Shown piece by piece: positions 1 to 15,400 of a stretch of DNA of 64,000 nt. Numbering within the stretch: the stretch's first letter is position 1; each line of letters starts with the position of its first letter. Under the pieces are notes generated by a model. It saw nothing but the letters and a program-made list of their open reading frames with translations, was not told the DNA's origin and ran no database searches. Source of the stretch: Lytechinus pictus (Eukaryota); contig NC_087245.1 in the NCBI RefSeq assembly GCF_037042905.1, forward strand, positions 19,656,001 through 19,720,000, read 5' to 3'. The position numbers and the translations under genes are program-made.

Positions 1-294
1 AAAAGCTTCAAAATGCAAAAAAATGCCTCTCGCAATCATTTTTTTTCTTAATCATCTAGAATGGACCCTTTGTACATAAACAGGTTTTTTCTGTGACTAG
101 AATTATTTTGAAAATGGTAAAAACTATCAGAGGTTTATACTAAAATAAAAACAACTTTGCAATCAAAATGTAGCGTCCCTTGCCAATTTCCAAAGGGAAT
201 TAGAAAAAAATATTAGTTAGAATATGGATTTAATCAACTATAGTCTTATTAAAATTAAAATAACAAGCACATGATTCTGATAATGAGTACTGAC

Positions 295-471
295 CGACTG
301 CCTAATCTTTGCAATGACTTCATCTCCCTTCTTGGCAGCTGTGGTGTAGAGTTCTGTGATGTAGCGTTTCTCTTCCTCATGCTGCTGTAGTTTGATCTGA
401 GCTTCTGAAGTATGTGAGGGTGCTGGTTGAATTTGGTATGAGGCAATCGCTTCATCCATGGTCTTGTTGAC
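295..471 (-). CDS. CCDC141: Exon VNKTMDEAI...AKIRQS, 177 nt (last exon visible; the gene continues beyond the window)
   Basis: Acceptor tttcag. The donor TCG|gtcagt is the best candidate but cannot be checked against a next exon. Confidence 0.82.
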
Positions 472-3400
472 CTGAAATACAACAAGAAACAATTCACAAA
501 AATTTAATGAAAATAATGTAATGATTGAGCCATGGGAATTGAATCTTTATATCGTGTTATTTCTCATTTGCTTTTTTTTTCTTCAAATAAATATATTCAG
601 GAGTTCTCTTTCATATATTGAAATTCTAAATCAATATGACAATGAAATCACTTCATTAAAGTGTAAATCTGTAAAACAGTCATTTGAAAGCTGTTGACAA
701 CTTTTTATACCTCATCAAAATTCTTGAGGCAACATTACAACAATCAAAATCACCTCAAGTGGCTGTAGGTAAATTGTTAAATGCTATAGCCATTGGCAAT
801 TTTATTTCCCTATTGACTTAGAAGTATGAGTCTATGCTCTACAAAGTCAAGACTGCCTGGTAGACACACTCTCCAACTCTGCAAGTTGATTTATTACAGT
901 ACTGCAGGAGAATCTTCATCAAGATGCCATTACTAGGAGTTGTTGGCCCTGCATTGGGAAGTATTTGAAAAGAATGTTGCGATTTCATTACCTTATTGAC
1001 TTTTTTGTAGAAGTCAATGCTCAATGTCAGGACTATCTGGTATTCCCCAACCCTGTTCATGAAGCGATGATGAGCTGATGTTAGCCTCTCAACGACCTGT
1101 TCCTTCTCTCCTCCTGTATCTCCCTTAGCTCCAAGCATCTCAGCAGTCTTCAATCTCATCTGGATCTCGGTTGTTACTCTCTGTCAAATACAAAGATCAC
1201 AAACATTAAATTAAAATTTTATTATACATTCATATGTAGAGGCTTTTAATAATTCTGTATCATAATTATTATCATATTCAGGGTTGATATACATAAGACA
1301 GTTCTAATACAACTGCCAATCACATGTAGCTTTGTGCAGCATCAATTTTCATCTTGAAAACTTACTATGAATCATTGAAACTTCAGATTTTAGATTCATA
1401 AGTTTTCAACTTATTACACTGTGATATTGGCATCATAAAGATTTATGAATATGGGCCTAGGTATATACATAAATAAACATTATAGAAAGTTTCCATAACA
1501 TTTCATCAAAATATCTATGACTGCATAGTGCAATTTAATAAACAATCATTGGATATGCTTTAGCACCATACTGTATTTTACAGGGTAAAAGTACAGCTCT
1601 TCTGATAATATTTTTCACTCATTTGAAAACATGTGATGGTATTTTTGGAAATCCCTTTTCAGCTCTTAATTTAACTTTTATTGATAGCATTCAGGATTAT
1701 GCCCTCTGTGTATACCTAGAATCAACTTTCCATGTTTTATTATGACTACTGGGGGTACCTCTAAAACATAATGACTAAAATACTAGTGCTGCCGTGGCAC
1801 TCACCGTTACAGTCTCCTGGAATGAATCTATCTTCTTCTGTTTGACATCAGCCAAGGATTGAGCATCAGAAGTCAATCGTGGGAACACATTACCTTCCAT
1901 GTTGATTACAAACTCAATTGTCTGAAAAGTAATACACAGAGGTGGTATTTCATAAAACATTACATGTGACTAAAAATTGTACCTAAGTGTATACAACGCA
2001 TCACTACATTGGTCGTATTATCATTTGGTCATACTCATCATTAAGATAACAAGTTCATATTGGTGCCTAAACATAAATTCAAGACATACTGCAATCAGAT
2101 ATAAAACATGACCAAAATAGGAATAGAATGAGATGCACGTCTTTATTTATATGAAGATTACAAAAACAACAATATATGTGTATGTAAAAATCATTTAGAG
2201 AAATCACCAATAGAGCAACAAATATTACCAATAATTATAGTTCACTAGTGTGTGGTAAACTGTTACCAAATAAAATTATCTCCACTATTAAATAAATAGG
2301 GTATGATACAGATACACAAACTCTAAAACTGTTAGTAGTGGAATCAAAATGTCAGTGAGGAATAGGCTTATGTCAAATTATTCCATTTACCTTTCTTGCA
2401 TCCCTGACAAAGTGTTCCCACTGAGATTTGAATGTCTCCTCTGCAGAGTACTTCTGATGGAGAGAATCGTAGAGGTCATCCAGGTAGATCTTCCTCTCTC
2501 CAAAGGACTTGATGGTCAACTCCACATAATGGACAGAAGTCTTGGTAACCAGCTCTGTATCATTGACAAGCTGGCGGGCAGAAAAAGGGGTGATGGAGAA
2601 AGATATTGAAATATTTTGGTGTGCAAATTGAGTACTTTCTATTGATTACTGAATCCCTGTAGAAATGGAGTAACTTTTAACGGTGTAACACGTTAATATA
2701 CGCGTTTTCACTAACAGTTTAAAAAAAAGTTATTAAACAAAACTTACAATGGGAATAATATAAAGCAGAATCAGTTCCATTGTTTTTTTTTGTTGCTCTT
2801 TCAAGCCGTGAAAATTTGAGATCATTACAATCTTTCACATGACATTTAAAAAAATGACAAATCATTGAGATGCGGCTCCGACTGTCAACAAGGTGTCTAA
2901 GTGGGCTTTAATAGATTACTTTATGAAGTTCATTCTTGAAGGTATGACCAGTGTTGTCTAGTTGGATGTTGATCTCCACCATCTGATTCCATTTCTCATG
3001 GATGTGTTGCATTGTAGTCTTATTCATCCGCTTCACATCCCTCATCTCTTCAGACTTTAACATCGTCTCCATGTTCTCCATAGCATTGCCAAGCTAGTGA
3101 GCAATACAGATAAAATGGGTTATCAATAACACAACATAATTCTGCACTATTTATTTTTAAATATGATCCTTTCCATGTCAGGATTTGGGGGTAATAACAT
3201 TAAACCACAATCCAGTATGTATTTTTTTTTAAATGTACATCTCAAAAGTATTTTAATTTTTCCTTAAATGTACATTTCCAAGCTGCATAAAGTCAAAAGA
3301 AAGAAAATTAAGTAAACATAATATAAAATAACACACATAAACAATGAACTAACATGTTACCTTAAAGTATAAAAGTAGATACATACCTGTTTGGTTACTT

Positions 3401-6400
3401 TGTGAAATTTGATGAAGATGTGAGCAGCTCTGATTCTGTTCTCCACCGTGACGGTTACCCTTGTCCAGTGTTGCTTTAGCTTGTTAGTTTGCTCTGGAGT
3501 AAACCTGTTCTTGGAACCAAGTTTGGTGGCAATGGCCATCACATTGTCCACTTGAGTTGATTTCTCCTGTAATATAGTCAGGAAAATCTTGTTAAATTTA
3601 TAAAAGTAAAAAAGATAACCATAAATCTAAACAGACCTTAAAAAAAATACTTTTGTTTATTTCATACATATTCCAACATTTGCAATTCAGTCCTCATTTT
3701 TTTTAATTTGCTCTCATAGGTTCAAATCTCCAACTGAAAAATCAATTTTTGACTCAGTCCCACATACCCTAACTTCTGTGAGTAGTTTCTCATGTCCATC
3801 AAGGAAGTCCATGGTGGTTTGCATCTGGTCTCCCATGTCATTGTTAGCCATCAGGAAGGCGTCTCCAACATTCACAAGCCACTTGATCAAGACTGTGTAC
3901 TTCTCTTCAAAGGTAGCCTGCATCTCCGCTTGCTCTCTCAGCTCAGGTCGGGCCTGATTTTGCAGGTCAACACACTTTGCCTAGGGGGTGATAAGCAACA
4001 AATATGTGCACTTTTAAAGACAATCTTGTTGCAAGTTCAGCCTACATGAAGAGGTATAGATCAATTAACCGTATTTCCCTTAAAAAGAGAATATACTAAG
4101 AAATAAGGCAGACCCTCCCCAATCATGCACAGTCATGTAGATGTAGAAAATGAACAATATAGACATAGAAAGTTAGTAGCTTAGAAGTTACAAAACATTT
4201 TCAAATAGTATCCCGTTGAATGACAAAGAAAATAATAGTAGCTTTCCTTTTTTCAAATATGTGATGTGAATTTATCATTTAATAATTACCTGAATTTCAG
4301 CCATATTTTCCTTGACTGTTTCAGCTCCCGGTGTGCTCAGACCGACCTGATTGAGAAGGGCACGGCCTTCACCAAGGACTGGAGTCGAGATCTCTGAGAT
4401 GGCATTGTTGAGTTTGTCTAGTCGGTTGGTCCTGGACCATTCGTCCTTGGGGAGTCTTTCCTGGGATAGCTGGACTCCAAGTCTACTCAGATAGGTCTTG
4501 GCCTTCAAGAGTAAGAAAGAAAACAAATAATAATAATTAGGGTTTAACTGAAATGGCTGAAACCTTTCTTACATACATTCATCAGTGATACCCTTCAATA
4601 TCTGAAAATGATTTATTGAATTAATTGAAAGGTGAGAAACCACTTTTTTTTTCAAATACATAATGCACTTAAAAAATAATCTCATTGTTGTTATCAAAAC
4701 CTTTCGTGGATATTAGAATAAACAAATAATGAATGCACTCTTTTTCACTCATTTAAAAAAAAGCGAATGTCAAATTGGATATCATGGAAAAGGAGTTTAG
4801 AGTCATTTTACCATGTACAGTGTGCAAAAACAAAATTTAAAAAAATATGATAAAATTAGGTGATATCTTTTACACCATCCAGCAGCATCCTAAACTATTT
4901 CAATGAAATAGTGATAACATGGTTGAAAAATACAGAAAATCCTGACCAAAAATAAAACTTACCAGCTCTGCATTGCGATAGAAGTCATGGGCACGTTGCA
5001 GTGTGTTGCGTCTTTCACCCAACCGATGCATAAAATCATCACATAACGTGTCTATGGCTCTGGTCTGGCTACGTAGTCTCTCTGTGCTCTCAGGGTCCGA
5101 ATGTCTCACCTGCTCCGACGTAGCAAGGAGGTTTGCTACGCTGTTTTGAACATCCTAAGCACAAATATGAATATGAATAATAAATATGAATAATAAATAT
5201 AATATAATAAATATAATATAATAAATATATAATAAATACAAATGAATGAATAAAGTTGTATAAAGTATGGTGTCTTAGGATACAGCCAGGATCTAGATAT
5301 ATTACTGGCAAGTGGTTATTAATTTGACCCAACTATCGATGAGATCAATCTAACTGAATGGTATTTGATACGTATGATCTCAAGAATTTGACTTGTAGCC
5401 TTGAGAAAAGCATTTCATCATTTGGTCTAGTACATTAAATATATTAAAATAATAGGAAATGTTACCAATGTTTTGAAATCTATCAATGAAATGCTTCTCT
5501 TCCTTACTCTACAAGTATAATTTGCTTGTGAGCATTAAAGAACAAACCAATCACTTTAGAAATGTACTAATTCATAAGCCCCAAAAATATTCTTATTTTC
5601 GCTTGTATTCTCTTATGTCATCCCATACGAGTAGAGATGAGATAATACGTGATTGTATGTAATCAATCAAAATGAATATCTGACAGAGCTGAGTATATGA
5701 CAAAAAAAATACATGAAGATATTTTCCACTCGTTCAGTGCAAGATATGTCAAACACATGCTATCTTACCCCAGCAGCCACTTCAAATGCATGGTGATGCT
5801 TGAGGAGATCAGAGCATTCATTCTCACTCCGGCCTATATTTCTCTTCTGTAGGTACATTTCACCCTGGGTCCTAAACCAGTTAGATATCTAAGAGAGAAG
5901 CAAAGAGAGGTGAATATAAAGATATCTTGCTGATTGTGGCTCTGATCTACAGGACAAATTTGAAAAACGTAGATTACCACTTCAAGTATAACATTTGGAC
6001 TGTTGATGTATAGAAATTAATTTCACACACAATACCCTATCCAAAATTAAACTGATGGTTGGAAACATTGCAAACTTCTTATTTATATAGGGGAAATAAT
6101 GAATGAAACCATGATTCCAACTTTAATAAAAATATTTAGTAGAAAATACATACATTTATATTTCAAGGATTACCAAATAGCAATAGTCAATGCATTACGT
6201 TGTGTTAAGACTTAGTAATCTCATATCACACCTTAGCACAATAACCATGTGTATTACCGAGTTTTACAAAAACTCATACTTAAGCAGGCATACCAAAATA
6301 GGTGAGATAAAACTTGCTAACTGCATTCTATAGCTCATAAGCATGTATAAGTTTCTCAATACTTTTAAAATTTTCAAACTATCACAATAACCACTACTTG

Positions 6401-9400
6401 TCTCACCTTGGTGACCTCAGTGTCAATGTCACGGAGATGCTGGTACTGATCCAGTTTTCTTGACCTCTCCAGCCAAAGGTCATCAAGGAGACGTCTCTTG
6501 TCCTGGATATCTTCCATAGCTTTCTCCACACCTTGGCAAGAGACCATGGTGGCATGGCGCGAGTCATCACCGGCTTTACTTCCAAGGTCATGGAGGCGGT
6601 CTAAAAGGTCACGACCTTTCGTCATGACCTGCATAGAGCCTTCTAACATGTCTGCATATAGAAGAAATTGAGGAACATACATGTATAAGCATTAGAGATC
6701 AATAATATCTATATAATGTTAATGGTTTATTGTTAATCCTTCATTTCTATTGAGAATCTGGTTTATTAGTGAAAATAAAAAATAAATAAAATTTTAAAAA
6801 GAAAATGGCTTTTTCAATGAATGAAGCATAAAAAAAGTTGATGTTCAAGATCTGATGGAGCCTATGCTGGAATAAAAACTTAAAATTAGAAACTATGAGA
6901 CTTTTTACTCCTTTAAAAATACTCCTTTAGAAATAGTCTGTTTACTTCTGACATGGATTTAAAGCATCGTCATCTACTACGAACCCTGTATAATTCAACC
7001 AAATCAATTCATATGAACCTTCAGAAGTGTTTCCACAGATATTCTTGTACTCCCAACTTATTTGTAGATCTATTATTAGCATACCTTTCTTGATCTGTCT
7101 TGTTCTCTGTTGCTGTCTCTCTACATCTCTGGGATCTGATGGTAGTGACATGGTCCGGCATTCTCTGATCCCATCAGCAAGATTATCATTGTACTGGGAA
7201 TAAGAATAAGATATAAATAAGACATGGAAGTGATGAAAAACTATGTATCGAAAATAGTAGCTTTAAAGTTTGCACTCATCATGGTGTCACAATACCTATA
7301 TGATGAATGCCTCAAACCAAATATTTTAATGAATGGATGGCATGTTTCTTAATATAATTAATTCATTTATTCATTAATTACATAATTTTTCTATTCATTA
7401 CTTTATTCATACATTTATTTTTGGTTTTGAATATTCAGTGATTAAATATAGCTTCATTTGCAAATTAATTCATGCATCAATTCAATTATTCAAATATTTA
7501 TTTACTCATGTTTAAAATTATTAATCAATTTAAAAATAACAATTTATGTGTTCACACAGTAATCTACATATATTTATCCACCTATTAAATTACTCTTAAT
7601 ATTTTCTGCAATATTCCCTCACAACCTGCAAAAGCTATATTTATCAATTACCATCTGCAGAAGTGTGTACTTTACCACTGCAATATATGAAATCTTTATT
7701 ACTCAAATAGAATATGTTTATTTAATCATGTCTTCCAATCCTTCAAAACATAACAAGAACTTGTTTAAAGCCTGGCTCATACCTTTGTGTTTTGGGCTGC
7801 GTATTGCCGCGTTAACCGAAACAAGTAGAATGCCTCTGGCGTTCTCACCTGCATCAAGCGATTCAATATAGCAGCAGTGCTGACTTTGAAAACTACTATA
7901 ACTTGCACAAGATGTTCAGTGATACTTGGTTACTCTTATGTACACGTTTTATGAACTAGACCAATACACTTACAGAGATATGATGGTAATTCAACAAATA
8001 CCCCCAACATGGCCAAGGTTCATTGACCTTACATGACCTTTGACCTTGAACATGTGACCTAAAACTCGCACAGGATGTTCAGTGATACTTGATTACTCTT
8101 ATGTCCAAGTTTCATGAGTCAGATCCATAAACTTTCAAAGTTATGATGGTAATTCAACAGATACCCCCATTATGGCCAAAGTTCATTGACCTTTGACCTT
8201 GGTCATGTGACCTGAAATGTGCACAGGATTTTCAGTAATACTTGCTTACTATCATGTCCAAGTTTCATGAATCAGATCCATAAACTTTCAAAGTTATGAT
8301 GGTAATTCAACATATACCCCCAATTCGGCTAAAGTTCATTGACCCGAAATGACCTTTGACCTTGGTCATGTGACGTGAAACTCGTGCAGGATGTTTAGTG
8401 ATACTTGATTAACCTTATGTCCAAGTTTCATGAACTAGGTCCATATATTTTCTAAGTAATGATGACATTTCAAAAACTTAACCTTAGGTTAAGATTTTGA
8501 TGTTGATTCCCCCAACATGGTCCAAGTTCATTGACCCTAAATGACCTTTGACCTTGGTCATGTGACATGAAACTCAGGCAGGATGTTCAGTAATACTTGA
8601 TTAACCTTATGGCCAAGTTTCATGAACTAGGTCCATATACTTTTTAAGTTATGTTGTCAATTCAAAAACTTAACCTTCGGTTAAGATTTGGTGTTGATGC
8701 CGCTGCCGCCGTCGGAAAAGCGGCGCCTATAGTCTCACTCTGCTATGCAGGTGAGACAAAAATGAATACACAGCCCAATGCAGCATGCTATGCAGCAAAA
8801 TATTCAGATGCAATCACACTTTTGCCCAACAGCTCGTTGGAGCTCGCACAGAGTTACACGCAGTAAAGTGAGGTGATGCAAGCTACAGCAAGGTATTTTT
8901 AGGTATATGGAGCACTAACACTGCATTAATGCATGCGTATGCTGCTCGCTGTTGCTCGTTCTTGCCCATCCTTACTTGCTTTTGTTTGTTTGTTGCCACT
9001 CGTCTTCGCTCGTATGAATTTTCATTGCATTCCGTTGCGGATGTCAGAAAAAAATTCAAATTGCTGAGCTAGAACGCAAGGCCTCTGCGTTAGTCTACAT
9101 AATGATCTCGTATTAGCTTGTTCATTTCGTTGTGTTGCATTTGACTGCATTTGTCTGCATTGAGGCATTCTGCAGCTGAACGCAAGCCCAAAACACAGAG
9201 ACGTACATGTAAGTCAGGCTTGAGGGAGAAATTTTGACCAACCTGTTTGGCACCCCGGTAGAAATCTACAGCCTGATCTAGCAGCTTCTGTCTTGTTTCC
9301 ATCTGTCTGGTAAGGTCCTTCCAGGCTTGTCCAAGGCTCTTGGCCATAGCTGCATAAACATCTCCATAGAACTGTTGTGTGGAGACTTGGTTGTCAGCCT

Positions 9401-12400
9401 GGGTTAGGAGACTACCAATCTGGTCTTGTTTGGCCTGCAATAAGTAGAATACACATTCAATGTATAGGATATGTATTAAAGTTATTGTTGTAATCAATGT
9501 ATGTATTCAAGCCCAAAACGGGCTGCCATGAAAATATAATCAAGAAAAGAAACATAAATCTTATTTGTATCTCTCTGGTGCCACACAAAAATACTGATAT
9601 TGCAGCTCTTGAATAAAATATCCTAACATCTATTTTCCTGGCAAATCAATTTTAACTTTAATAAAATTCAATTATACATATAGTACTACTCTACAGAAAT
9701 ATCTTTTATAAATGGTGGCAGCGGTGGGATTTTCAATACAAGAAACCTCAATTTTGCATGATACTTCTAAGTCCTGCATTTTGTTTTCCATCAATAAAGT
9801 CCAGTCTAAAAAGTAAAGTGTCCACTTTGCTATTAAACGCGTGACATAGGCCTGAGCTCAACTTTGAATAAATGGGTACTTAGAAGAATGGAGATCAACT
9901 TGTGTATGAAATTTACCATTATGTGCAACATCTGACAAGGCATATTCCAGGGAATGAAAGCTTTCCAAAGTCAAATGAGGGGTGAAATTGTATTCAATGA
10001 CTGGGATAATGAGTTGGAACTCATCAACCTCAAGGATATGTGCACTACATAATTGATTATTATGCCATGCAATCATTAAAACTTTAAGAACAAAAGAAAA
10101 TTACCCCCCCCAAAAAAAAATTAAATTAAACATATACAATGAAGACAAATAATTATACATGACTGTGATCACCTAATTATTTTTATTTTATTTTCCTTTT
10201 TACATTTATTCATCACACTTTAATACTGCTACCTAAGCTAATTAGGGATAAGATATTGTCTGCTCGTGTATGCTTTGCTATGATGAGCAACAGTTATATT
10301 TTTCCATCCTCCCACACATAAATATCCTAGTTTTCTGGCTTGTTAGCTGTCTGTGATGGATCAGAATCCTAGGCTAATATTCTCCCTGACACATTCCAGA
10401 AAGTTTTGGTCTGAAACCCTGGAACATGGAATGTCCCATTACTGATGAGGTCACTTCTCAATTTAGACTCCCAATCCAGGCTTTTGGATGCTCATCAAAA
10501 TGTCATCTTCTTGAACTCTAAAGGGATTTTCAGTAATCGCCTTTTCAAATCATTACAGTTTTCACATTCAATTACTATTTATCCTCTAAGAGTATAGAGA
10601 TGAGACATGAGCCTGTTTCATGTTCTAGTATCATAATATAATTACGACCTGGGGCCAGTTTCATAAAGGACTTGCAACTGTTGTAACTTTGCCATTATGG
10701 CAACTACCATGGTAACCTTGATTCTGATTGGCTGCTGAGCCCTGTTACCACGGTAGTTGCCATTATGTCAAAGTTACAACGGTTGCAAGTCTTTTATGAA
10801 ACGGGGCCCCAGAAATCACATCAAATTATTTCTTTTAAAAAATACCGACATTTTGAAAAGTAAAAATGTGGTCCCCTAGGATAAATTCTAATAATAGCTA
10901 GTAACAGATATACATGACAGAACCTGGTGCCAATTTTTTGTTTATTTATCCACTTATCTCTTCATTATTCTATTCATATTTTGAAAAGCTATCCTGATAT
11001 AAAAATAGGAGTTTTAATTTAGGCATTTGCAGAAGAACAATCAGTTGAGGAAGTGAAATGTTGTTTCATCTGAATTCATAAAACCAGACATCATTAATAT
11101 TAAGTATATAATCTACCAATATATGCATATGAAATGTCATATATTTTCATTGTGGGCATGATATAAAAATATTCATCTAACTCTCAATTTTTTTTCATAT
11201 CATTTTCCTAAACAATACATGTAAGACTAAACCTAACTATCACTTTGTTTTACAATAAAGATTTTTTTTCTTTTTCAAAGCAAATTCATTTAACACACAA
11301 GACATCATAATTGAACTATGCTAGAAACTTTGAATTTGACCTACATTTAGCCCTAATTTCTCCAAATAACATTTTCCAAATAATTTTCTTTCAATCAATT
11401 CAATGATTATATAATCTATTTTTGAAACAACATAAATTTTCAAATTTCATCAAACAGATTTTTTTAATAGCAAATACATCTTTTCTTAACCTCAATGCCA
11501 TGTCAACACCGTACTGCCTCCAAAAATACCATGCACACACATTGCATAGATTCCTGGCCCATCACTTAATGTATGACATGGGCCAGTTGTTATCTTTGGA
11601 GCACTCGTTTAAAGGAGATAGTCTAAGTCTACATCCATGGAAGTTGTTGTGTTCAATACTGAATTGCACAGTCTAATACAATGTTTGTCAAATATTTCAG
11701 GGTTTTTTTTTTTATTATCTGGGAATTCATATTTTGTTTAAAGGAATGCCTTAACATGCTCCATGCAAAAAAAGGGCATGGAAAGATTTAGGCCTTTTTT
11801 TTCATACAGAATTACTTATTTTTCGTATCACTAAAAATCATTTTTATTTAAATGATAATTCATTATTTGTAGGTAAAACATTAAATAATTTATTGTACTT
11901 AATAGAAACACATATTTTTCATTCAATATATTTAACATCGTTCACAAATATATAAAGAAATGCAAGAATGGGAATGTTCTTAAAACTTTTTATAAAATAA
12001 CTCATTGCTTATCTTGGTTAATATTCTAGAATTACATTTATCTCTGATTATTTTCTTAAAGTCAATCCTGATCCTGAATGAATTTTAAAATTGTAGGATC
12101 ACTGCACAGACCATTCTGCAATATGTGATCTAAGCATATTTTATTCTAATAAGTATATTCAATTAAAGAAAATGACTAAGCATGCCACATATTGCCAAAA
12201 TTTGGGCTTCATACACAAAAGCCTACCATATAAAATGTACATCTTTCCAAAAAATGTGCAGTTATTTCTTCTTGTTTAATGACAAGCAGACCTGTCACTG
12301 AACAGCTTACAGAGAACTCTCTATTTGTATTCATTTTGACAAGTGTCCTTTTCCCTGTTCATATTTCAAAGAAAATATAAACTACCCTAGTTGTCACCTA

Positions 12401-15400
12401 AGATGCATGACATCTGACCTCTAAATCTAGATAGATTTACAAGAGAAAACTGTTTTTGCTTGAACTTTGACTATCAAGGGCTGTATAGATAATGCACCAT
12501 TTGAGGTCTAATGCAATTTGATTAGATGCTGTCCTATATATTCCCAAGCATAAATACCAGTTGTGGTAATGATCTCAAAATGAGTTCAATCAGAATCCAA
12601 TGAAATTACCACCAAAGTGTTTGTATGTATAAAAAAAAAAAAATATGTGCCAAATGGCTCTGAAAGAAAATGCGTAATTGCTGAGAAATGAACAAAATAA
12701 GCACGAATTCCATCAAATGTCGGGTATTTTTTTAAACGATATTAATACACTGTCCAACATATGGTTTTCTGTGTTGGCGATCATCAGAATTATCCATTTT
12801 GAGCTGAGATTTCATGATTTTACAAAGATAAGTTTACATTAATGTACCAGATCTAGGTGTATGATAGTATTTTGACAATTAATCTTGATTTAAAAGATTT
12901 TGTCATGAAATATTTGCTTGCTGCAACCACTGTCTTTTACCTTGAACATCAAGAATATCGTTAGATATCAAACATTTTCTTATGAATCACCTTGAGGTAG
13001 TTTTAATGCAATTAATGCACCAAATCTCTATAATTCACTTTTACCACTGCAGTTGAAATTTTAATGCAACATTTGACATAGATATGACAGCTTTTTAACT
13101 AGGTTTCAATTATTCATTGACTATAAAGAGGGCAGGAAGATATTCAAATTAAGACCTTTTTGGACTCACTGGTTTGATCTTCATCTTTAAAGTTCAACAG
13201 GCTCAATTTACTCTAAATAGGCTGACAAAACTCAATGAACTTAGCAGACTGTGATGGCAGATGTAGGAATCAACTTTGGCCTAATGTTAAACTGTTCTCC
13301 AGTATTCAATTAGAATTGGGACTGTTTAGGATAACACATTTACCATGTGACCAAATCATTTCAAGGTCCCCACACTGAGGTAAATATTTATCTTTAGAAT
13401 AGGTGCTCAGCATTCAGAACCACAAGATAATAAAATATACTTGATAGTTGCTTGACTAGCAATCAGTCTATCAGACTTGAAATTTGAAATCTGAGAATTG
13501 AATTTCAAATTCATCTTAATATAAACCTATTTTAGTACTAGTATTAGATACTGTGACATGCTATGATACAACTTACAATAGTAATGAGGTAGCAAAAGAA
13601 AGTAAAAATGTATAAACAATTATAAAAGTACAAATATCACAATATATATCCATGCTAACTATATCAGTTTGCCTTGCATTGCAGCTATAGCCTAACAACA
13701 GGAGGTAAAAAACAGATTTTCTTTCTTTTAAGCTCTAACATTTTAAAGTTGGATTTGGATTTTCACAAACCTTTCACTAATATGTTGTTATTTCCTATGT
13801 TTCATAACAACTGTACACCTGGGAGATCTTTCCCTTTAATAATCATGGTATAAAGAATTTATACATAATACTGTAGATGAACTTAGCAAATGTGTATAAT
13901 ATTTGCCTTTTATCTTTGAAAAGGGTAGACATGATCAAATGTTTATTGCATTTTTTTAATATGAAAACGAAATATTCATTTCAGTGCTCATCCTTAGCCC
14001 TGTTTTTGTCTTAACTTTAGTAAATTTTGTTTTATGTGATTGTTGGTCACAGTAATTCAACCTACTAATATAAATATACATTTGTAAAATGAAATCACAG
14101 TTACTTCGGCTTCTTATCAAAACTGACAATGTAAGAAGATATGCTGAAGCCCAAGGCAGATTTTTGAGTGGGATACAAATCACTACATAATAGAAGGATG
14201 TTGGTGTTTGACTTGTACACTAAATATTTCAACAAGACTTGATATGTGTTATCTTTGATTTAAAGAAAATGTCAAGTTTTGGTGGCAAAATTGATATATT
14301 AGGATTAAACTTAATAACTTCTTATTGACCAACTTGTATTCATAAAAACCTGCACAGAAATTATGGATCTCCCCTTTTCTCTTAGTGTAAATGTGAATAT
14401 TTTATATTTAAACTTCATTTCTTGTACATGCACACTATCAGTATCCATTTCAGTGAAATTATCCTGATCATGAAATACTGTGCTCAAAATAATACCATCA
14501 TGAGTACAATATCTTTATCTCATTAGTGATACAATCATCACCAACATATTTTGAAAATAAATGTTGGACAAATTCTAGGTAATGGTTGAGTTTTTATGCA
14601 AAAAAATAATGTTAAAAACAAAAACAAAATGTTAATTCAGGCACTACATCATGCCAAAAAATGAGATAGCTCACATAATAGTTTGTGAAGTGTTAAAGAT
14701 TTGTAAAGAAGAGATGTTAACAAACTTACCACAAGATTTTTAATGACTTCGTCATGTTGTGTTTTGAGATTCTGGGCTTCCTCCAAGTTTGTCCCAATCT
14801 CTGTCATTCTTGGTATCATGTCTTCTACTCTTACTTGGATCCATTCCGCCGACTAAGTGAGGAGAAAAACAAAATGTGAAGGTTAATCACTCTTCTATTT
14901 GCAGTAATTTTGGTACATTTTAATTCAATTTTTATTGTTATATCAAAAGTGACTTGGCACCCACAATTTAACATCTCTATTTTCATTGTTTTGGAGGGGT
15001 GATCCAGCATTTAATTTCAATTTCATGAAATGGCAAAAAATGATCAGTGGATTGAAAAAAGGATAAAATCATTAGCAAACAATTTCATTGAAAATTGTGA
15101 CTTATGTTTTATTATATTGAACATATATTTTAACACAATTAATAAGCCAATCTTTATCATATGAAGCATCATCATTTCATACACAATTTCATAACCAAAA
15201 TCATGTTTTTCATCATCATTATCACCATCCTCCATACATTACCTCAACCATTCATAATCATATGAAATAATGTTTCATTTCAGCACATAATCATATTTTT
15301 TAAAGATAATATTAAATTCACATCAGACCAAAAACCAAAACAATATGCAAGTAAATTGTTGTTGTTTCCCGACACCCCTGTAAAAATCATTTATAATGAA

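Noticed and set aside
7900..8660. Regularly spaced repeats that might suggest a CRISPR array
   Set aside because: Eukaryotic intron; entire units are repeated with no unique spacers and no cas genes.
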